Of a stretch of 29,285 bases of DNA, positions 24,766 through 29,285 are shown in pieces (position 1 is the first letter of the stretch; each line of letters starts with the position of its first letter). The notes beneath the pieces are model-generated. The model had not been told where the DNA came from, did no database searches, and saw only the letters and a list, made by a program, of their open reading frames with translations. A program made the translations under genes and the position numbers. Source of the DNA: a virus (Duplodnaviria > Caudoviricetes); IMG/VR virus record IMGVR_UViG_3300032239_000669, positions 1 to 29,285 of that record; one strand, given 5' to 3'.

Positions 24766-27215
24766 TGGCAGCACAAGACGACGACCTGAACGACCCCGAG
24801 CTGAACGAAGACGGATCGGCGGACGTTGAGCTGCCCGAGGACGTGTCCGACGTCGTGGAGATGCCCGACGGCTCTGCCGTGGTGAGCATGGAGACCACCG
24901 GCCCGGAAGAGTCGCCTGACTTTTATGCCAACATGGTCGAGACCATGGACAGCTACGAGCTGAACAGTTTGGGCATGCGCTACGTCAATCTGTTGGACAA
25001 AGACAAGAACGCCCGCGAGGAACGCGACAAGCAATACGAAGAGGGCATGAAGCGCACCGGGCTGGGCAAGGACGCACCCGGCGGGGCCAACTTCTACGGC
25101 GCATCCAAGGTGGTGCATCCGGTCATGGCCGAGGGTTGCGTGGACTTTGCATCCCGTGCCATCAAGGAGCTGTTTCCGCCGGATGGCCCGGTCCGCACCA
25201 AGATCATTGGCGAGGTCGATGACTTAAAGACGCAGAAGGCCGAGCGCAAGCGCGACTTCCTGAACTGGCAGATCACCGAGCAGATCGAAGAGTTCCGCGA
25301 TGAGCAGGAGCAGATGCTGACCCAGCTACCGCTGGGCGGATCGCAGTTCTTGAAGCTCTGGTACGACGAGCAAAAGAAGCGCCCCGTGGTGGAGTTTTTG
25401 CCCATCGACCGTGTGATCCTGCCGTTTGCGGCCACCAACTTTTACACTGCCCAGCGCGCGGCCGAGGTCCACGAGATCACCGAGTGGGAATACAACCGGC
25501 GCGTGGCCAGCGGCATGTATATCGGCGGCGCAAACCTGACCAGCGGCCAAGAGCCCGAGCCTACCCGGCCGCAGTCGGCCAACAACAAAATTGAAGGCAA
25601 GCAGTTCCAAGACAACGAAGACGGCTTGCGCAAGGTCTACCACATCTACGTGTTCTTGGAGTTTGAGAGCGACAACGAGACCAAGGGCGAGATGGCCCCG
25701 TACATCATGATGGTGGACGAGCAGAGCTCCGAGGTCATCGGCCTGTACCGCAACTGGGAAGAAGGCGACGAGACGATGACCAAGCTCGATTGGATCATCG
25801 AGTTCAAGTTCATCCCGTGGCGCGGCGCGTATGCCATCGGCCTGCCGCACTTGATTGGCGGGCTGTCGGCCGCCCTGACCGGTGCCCTGCGCGCGCTGTT
25901 GGACTCGGCGCACATCAACAACGCCGCGACCATGCTGAAGCTCAAGGGCGCGAAGATCAGCGGCCAGACCCAGCAAATTGAAGTGACGCAGGTTGCCGAG
26001 ATCGAAGGCGCACCCGGCGTGGACGACATCCGCAAGATTGCCATGCCCATGCCGTTCAACCCGCCGTCAGCGGTGCTGTTTGAGCTGCTAGGCTGGTTGG
26101 ACAATGCCGCCAAAGGCGTGGTGACCACCAGCGAAGAAAAGATCGCCGACGTCACCAGCAACGCCCCGGTGGGCACCACGCAAGCACTGATTGAGCAGGG
26201 CGCTGCGGTCTACTCGGCCATCCACGCCCGCCTGCACCAGTCGCAAGCACGCCTGATCAAGGTGCTGTGCCGCCTGAACCGCTGGCACTTTGACGAGATG
26301 CGCAAGGGCGAGATCGTCCAAGATCTGGAGATTCAGCGTGATGACTTTGAGCGCAACACCGACGTCATCCCGGTGTCCGACCCGCACATCTTCAGCGAGA
26401 CCCAGCGCATGGCCCAGATGCAGGCCGTGCTGCAACGGGCGGATGCCCACCCCGAGCTATACAACGCCAAGGCCGTGGAAGAGCGTTTCCTGAAGCAGAT
26501 CAAGATCCCAAACATCTCCGAACTGATGAAAGACGTGCCCGCGCCCGAGCAGCGCACGCTGGCCGACGAGAACGCGGCCATGTCCATCGGCCACCCGTCC
26601 TACGCGTATATGCAGCAGGACCATCTGGCGCACATCCAAGGCCATTTGATGTTTGCCATGGACCCGTCGTTTGGTGCGAACCCCTTCATCGCCCCGCAGT
26701 TCTTGCCCAATTGCATTGAGCACATCAAGCAGCACATGACCCTGTGGTACTTGAACCGCATGAACGGCTACGTGGCCAACCTGCGCGGCGGCAAGCCGGT
26801 GACCGACTACGACAACCCCAAGCTGACCGGCATCATCGACCAGCTCTACGCCACCGTGGGCCAGCATGTCGCGTTGGACAGCCAGCAGGTGTTTTCGCAA
26901 ATCATGCCGCAGATCCAACAGCTCCAGCAGATGTTGCAGCAGAGCATGCCACCACCGCAGCTCCCGCCCGATGCGCAGGTCGTCAAAGACACCGCCATGG
27001 CCGAGACCCAGCGCAAGGCCGCCAAGGACCAGCAGGACGCGCAGATCGACGTCCAGCAGATGCAAGCGGACATCGCCAAGCACAAGATGGACAACGACAC
27101 CAAGGTCGCCATTGAGAATGCCAAGTTAACCCACGAGACCATCCAACAGATGGCTCAACCTGCGGCACCCGTCGCACAACCACCAGCCCAAGGAGTACCA
27201 AATGGCCAACAGTGA
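24762..27215 (+). CDS. Portal protein (P22-like, podovirus type)
   Basis: 817 aa downstream of terL. 'VHPVMAEGCVDF..RA..ELFP..GPV', 'PVGTT.ALIEQG...SAIHARLH', Q-rich coiled-coil C-terminus. Start may be 24765. Confidence 0.85.
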   Translation: MMAAQDDDLNDPELNEDGSADVELPEDVSDVVEMPDGSAVVSMETTGPEESPDFYANMVETMDSYELNSLGMRYVNLLDKDKNAREERDKQYEEGMKRTGLGKDAPGGANFYGASKVVHPVMAEGCVDFASRAIKELFPPDGPVRTKIIGEVDDLKTQKAERKRDFLNWQITEQIEEFRDEQEQMLTQLPLGGSQFLKLWYDEQKKRPVVEFLPIDRVILPFAATNFYTAQRAAEVHEITEWEYNRRVASGMYIGGANLTSGQEPEPTRPQSANNKIEGKQFQDNEDGLRKVYHIYVFLEFESDNETKGEMAPYIMMVDEQSSEVIGLYRNWEEGDETMTKLDWIIEFKFIPWRGAYAIGLPHLIGGLSAALTGALRALLDSAHINNAATMLKLKGAKISGQTQQIEVTQVAEIEGAPGVDDIRKIAMPMPFNPPSAVLFELLGWLDNAAKGVVTTSEEKIADVTSNAPVGTTQALIEQGAAVYSAIHARLHQSQARLIKVLCRLNRWHFDEMRKGEIVQDLEIQRDDFERNTDVIPVSDPHIFSETQRMAQMQAVLQRADAHPELYNAKAVEERFLKQIKIPNISELMKDVPAPEQRTLADENAAMSIGHPSYAYMQQDHLAHIQGHLMFAMDPSFGANPFIAPQFLPNCIEHIKQHMTLWYLNRMNGYVANLRGGKPVTDYDNPKLTGIIDQLYATVGQHVALDSQQVFSQIMPQIQQLQQMLQQSMPPPQLPPDAQVVKDTAMAETQRKAAKDQQDAQIDVQQMQADIAKHKMDNDTKVAIENAKLTHETIQQMAQPAAPVAQPPAQGVPNGQQ

Positions 27216-27366
27216 TGCAGAGCAGAAGAGCGTTGACGTGCGTCAGCACAAGCGCATGGCAATGGGCGTGCCGATTACCGGCCAATCCATGCAAACCAAA
27301 GGCGAGAGCAAGGCCCCAGCCAAGCCCGCTGGCGGTCTGAGCCATATTGCTAAGAAGAATAAGTGA
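27202..27366 (+). CDS. Small basic protein (54 aa, ...PAGGLSHIAKKNK)
   Basis: AAGGAG RBS, overlaps the portal end. Below the ORF-track cutoff. Confidence 0.65.
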   Translation: MANSDAEQKSVDVRQHKRMAMGVPITGQSMQTKGESKAPAKPAGGLSHIAKKNK

Positions 27367-27533
27367 TATCAGACCTGATTCATATGCTAAAACAGCGGCA
27401 AGCCGAGATCCGGCTGTCGCTTGTGGATAACCCTGTGGGCAGCTATGACTCGTACAATCGGCTGGTTGGCGAGTATCAGGGCCTGCAATGGGTAATGGAT
27501 AGCTTGAACGCAAAACTCGCTGAGAACGAATAA
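27363..27533 (+). CDS. Small helical head-module protein (56 aa, Y..LVGEYQGL)
   Basis: GTGA overlap, amphipathic helices, located between portal and the GroES-like gene. Confidence 0.65.
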   Translation: MISDLIHMLKQRQAEIRLSLVDNPVGSYDSYNRLVGEYQGLQWVMDSLNAKLAENE

Positions 27534-27607
27534 GGCCGCGAGGCCCCAAGCCGCGCTGAAATATGCGCATGTTGAACCTGAAATATGGTTTGTGTAACTA
27601 GGAGTTA
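27534..27607 (+). promoter_or_regulatory. Structured leader: GNRA hairpin, twin hairpins with identical UGAAAUAU loops, SD-containing hairpin
   Basis: GGCC-GCGA-GGCC, GCGC-TGAAATAT-GCGC, AACC-TGAAATAT-GGTT, TAACT-AGG-AGTTA. Confidence 0.5.
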
Positions 27608-27609
27608 GT

Positions 27610-28065
27610 ATGAGCGAGAAACCAATCCCCGTGGTGAGCGGGGATCAGACGGAGGCCGACCCAGCAGAGCTGGCGTGGGCATTTCCAGACGTGCAACCGG
27701 GCCAAGCGCCCTACGGTGGCCGAGTAGTTGTCCAACTACGCCGCATCAAAAAGAACGCAGGCAAGATCATCTTGGTGGAAGAAACCAAGGAGAACGAAAA
27801 ATGGAACAACATGATCGGCAAGGTCGTGGCCATTGGACCGCTGGCGTTCAAAAACAAGGACACGATGGCCTCATGGCCTGAAGGAAGCTGGGCGCAGATC
27901 GGGGATTACGTCCGCGTGCCGCGCTGGGGCGGAGACCGCTGGGAGCGGCCAGTCACCGGCGAAGAAAACGGCGACCTGAACCCTGTTCTTTTCATGACCA
28001 TCAACGATCACGAGCTGATCGCCAAGGTCACCGACAACCCGTTGTCGTTCAAAGCCTACGTCTAA
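27610..28065 (+). CDS. GroES/Cpn10-like co-chaperonin
   Basis: PYGGRVVV, GKIIL, GKVVAIGP, GDYV and INDHELIA follow the Cpn10 pattern. Confidence 0.85.
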   Translation: MSEKPIPVVSGDQTEADPAELAWAFPDVQPGQAPYGGRVVVQLRRIKKNAGKIILVEETKENEKWNNMIGKVVAIGPLAFKNKDTMASWPEGSWAQIGDYVRVPRWGGDRWERPVTGEENGDLNPVLFMTINDHELIAKVTDNPLSFKAYV

Positions 28066-28074
28066 GGAGATACC

Positions 28075-29043
28075 ATGGCCACAGAAGCTAAAGAAGCGCC
28101 GTTGCATGTGCAGGAAAGCGGTGACGGCACCGCAACAGTCGAGCTGCCGGACAATTTGCTGCCCCCAGAAGACAACGACGAGCCCACCCAACGCGGCGAA
28201 TCCCGCGAAGATGCGGGCGACGCCGGTGACGAAGACCACCCGGACGATTCGGACGCCGTCCGCGCCGCCCGCCGGGCCCGCCGCCGGTCCAAAAAAGACC
28301 TGATCCGCAAGACCAACGAAGAAAAAGATGTCCGTCTGCAGATGCTGCAGCGTCAAAACGAGGAAATGGCCGCCCGGCTGTCCCAAGTTGAGCGCCGCAC
28401 GCAGGGCGCGGACATGGCCCGATTGGAAAAAGCTATTGATGACGAGCAAGTACGGGTGGAATACCACCGAATGAAGCTGTCCGAAGCCACCAGCGCGGGC
28501 GATGGGGAGGCCGCAGTGGCCGCTCAAGAGGCTTTATACGACGCCCGGCAAAAAGTGGAGCATTTGAACCGCTTAAAACAGCAGGCAAACCGCCCAACGC
28601 AAGAAAAACAGGCTATTGACCCCAACGTACAACGTCATGCAGCCCAATGGATTGACCGAAATCGCTGGTACTTACCCGATCTGTCCGATACCGACAGCCG
28701 GATCGCCAAATTGATCGACGAAGACCTCGTAAAAGAAGGCTGGAACCCCGGAACTTCGGATTATTGGGACGAATTGGACTCCCGCTTGCAGAAACGTCTT
28801 CCCCATAGGTATAATGAATCGTCAGACCGACGTGATTCACCTAACAGGACTCCAAGGAACACCGTGGGAAGCTCAGGACGCGAAGCATCAGCCGCATACG
28901 GGGGCACAAACCGTACTTTCACTCTCACCGCTGAACAAGTGCGTGCGATGAAGGACGCAGGTATGTGGGACAACCCCGAAAAGCGCGCAAAGATGATCAA
29001 ACGATACGCAGAGCAAGCACGAACAACCCAACGGAGTAACTAA
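28075..29043 (+). CDS. Putative capsid scaffolding protein
   Basis: Acidic N-terminus, long coiled coil, 'W...N.WY' and C-terminal 'LTAEQV..MK..G'. Located in the head module. Confidence 0.65.
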   Translation: MATEAKEAPLHVQESGDGTATVELPDNLLPPEDNDEPTQRGESREDAGDAGDEDHPDDSDAVRAARRARRRSKKDLIRKTNEEKDVRLQMLQRQNEEMAARLSQVERRTQGADMARLEKAIDDEQVRVEYHRMKLSEATSAGDGEAAVAAQEALYDARQKVEHLNRLKQQANRPTQEKQAIDPNVQRHAAQWIDRNRWYLPDLSDTDSRIAKLIDEDLVKEGWNPGTSDYWDELDSRLQKRLPHRYNESSDRRDSPNRTPRNTVGSSGREASAAYGGTNRTFTLTAEQVRAMKDAGMWDNPEKRAKMIKRYAEQARTTQRSN

Positions 29044-29045
29044 TC

Positions 29046-29285
29046 ATGGCCGAATCACGTCTCAAAAAATCTCTAGGAACCGGTACGCGCGAAACTCGTG
29101 CAAACGAGGACGGCAGCCGAGCAGCCCCTGAAGAAAAGTTCATTTCCACGCAGGAACGTAAACGCATGTGGAGCGAGGAATGGACACAATCCGCATTGCC
29201 CAAACTGCCCAACCTTGATGGTTGGCATCTTTGCTGGCTCTCAACAACCAATAGCTACGACTCCATCGATAAACGGATGCGACTC
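29046..29285 (+). CDS. Head-module hypothetical protein (truncated by window end)
   Basis: GGAG RBS. Open frame MAESRLKK...GWHLCWLSTTN... runs to the end of the window. Confidence 0.65.
   Translation, partial: MAESRLKKSLGTGTRETRANEDGSRAAPEEKFISTQERKRMWSEEWTQSALPKLPNLDGWHLCWLSTTNSYDSIDKRMRL

Noticed and set aside
4559-27570. Many long alternative-frame and antisense ORFs in the track (e.g. 16582..17451, 20693..21478, 23431..24279)
   Set aside because: They shadow well-supported genes in GC-rich DNA and lack RBS or motifs.
27610-28065. GroES without GroEL as a novelty
   Set aside because: Stand-alone GroES-like genes are well known in phage head modules.
1-29285. Integrase, att site, tRNA, intron/intein, alternative genetic code
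   Set aside because: None seen. Core genes are uninterrupted and all three stop codons are used.

Overview
This window is about 29 kb of a tailed dsDNA phage genome, probably podovirus-like. A betaproteobacterial host is a guess from protein style. It starts in the end of the virion module, with putative ejection proteins, one carrying a peptidase M15 domain. Next is a leftward APSE-type replication module (DUF2800 nuclease, DUF2815 SSB, family A DNA polymerase, VRR-NUC, SNF2 helicase). A divergent rightward block of small genes follows, including an RNA polymerase alpha-CTD-like protein, a Cro-like HTH, a PrimPol-helicase followed by an origin-like repeat cluster, and DUF932. The window ends in the packaging/head module (TerS, TerL, a 1091-aa modular protein, portal, GroES-like protein, putative scaffold). 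The most notable signal is a recurring [YFMK]-[AK]-x-G-G-x-[VA] peptide. It divides the 1091-aa protein into unrelated modules, one HhH-glycosylase-like, and also ends an 80-aa gene inserted between TerS and TerL with a 21-bp duplication. This suggests a tag-based capsid cargo or polyprotein system. Two candidate structured RNAs are also present. No integrase, tRNA, rRNA or CRISPR array was seen. All family calls come from motif recognition by eye, not database searches.
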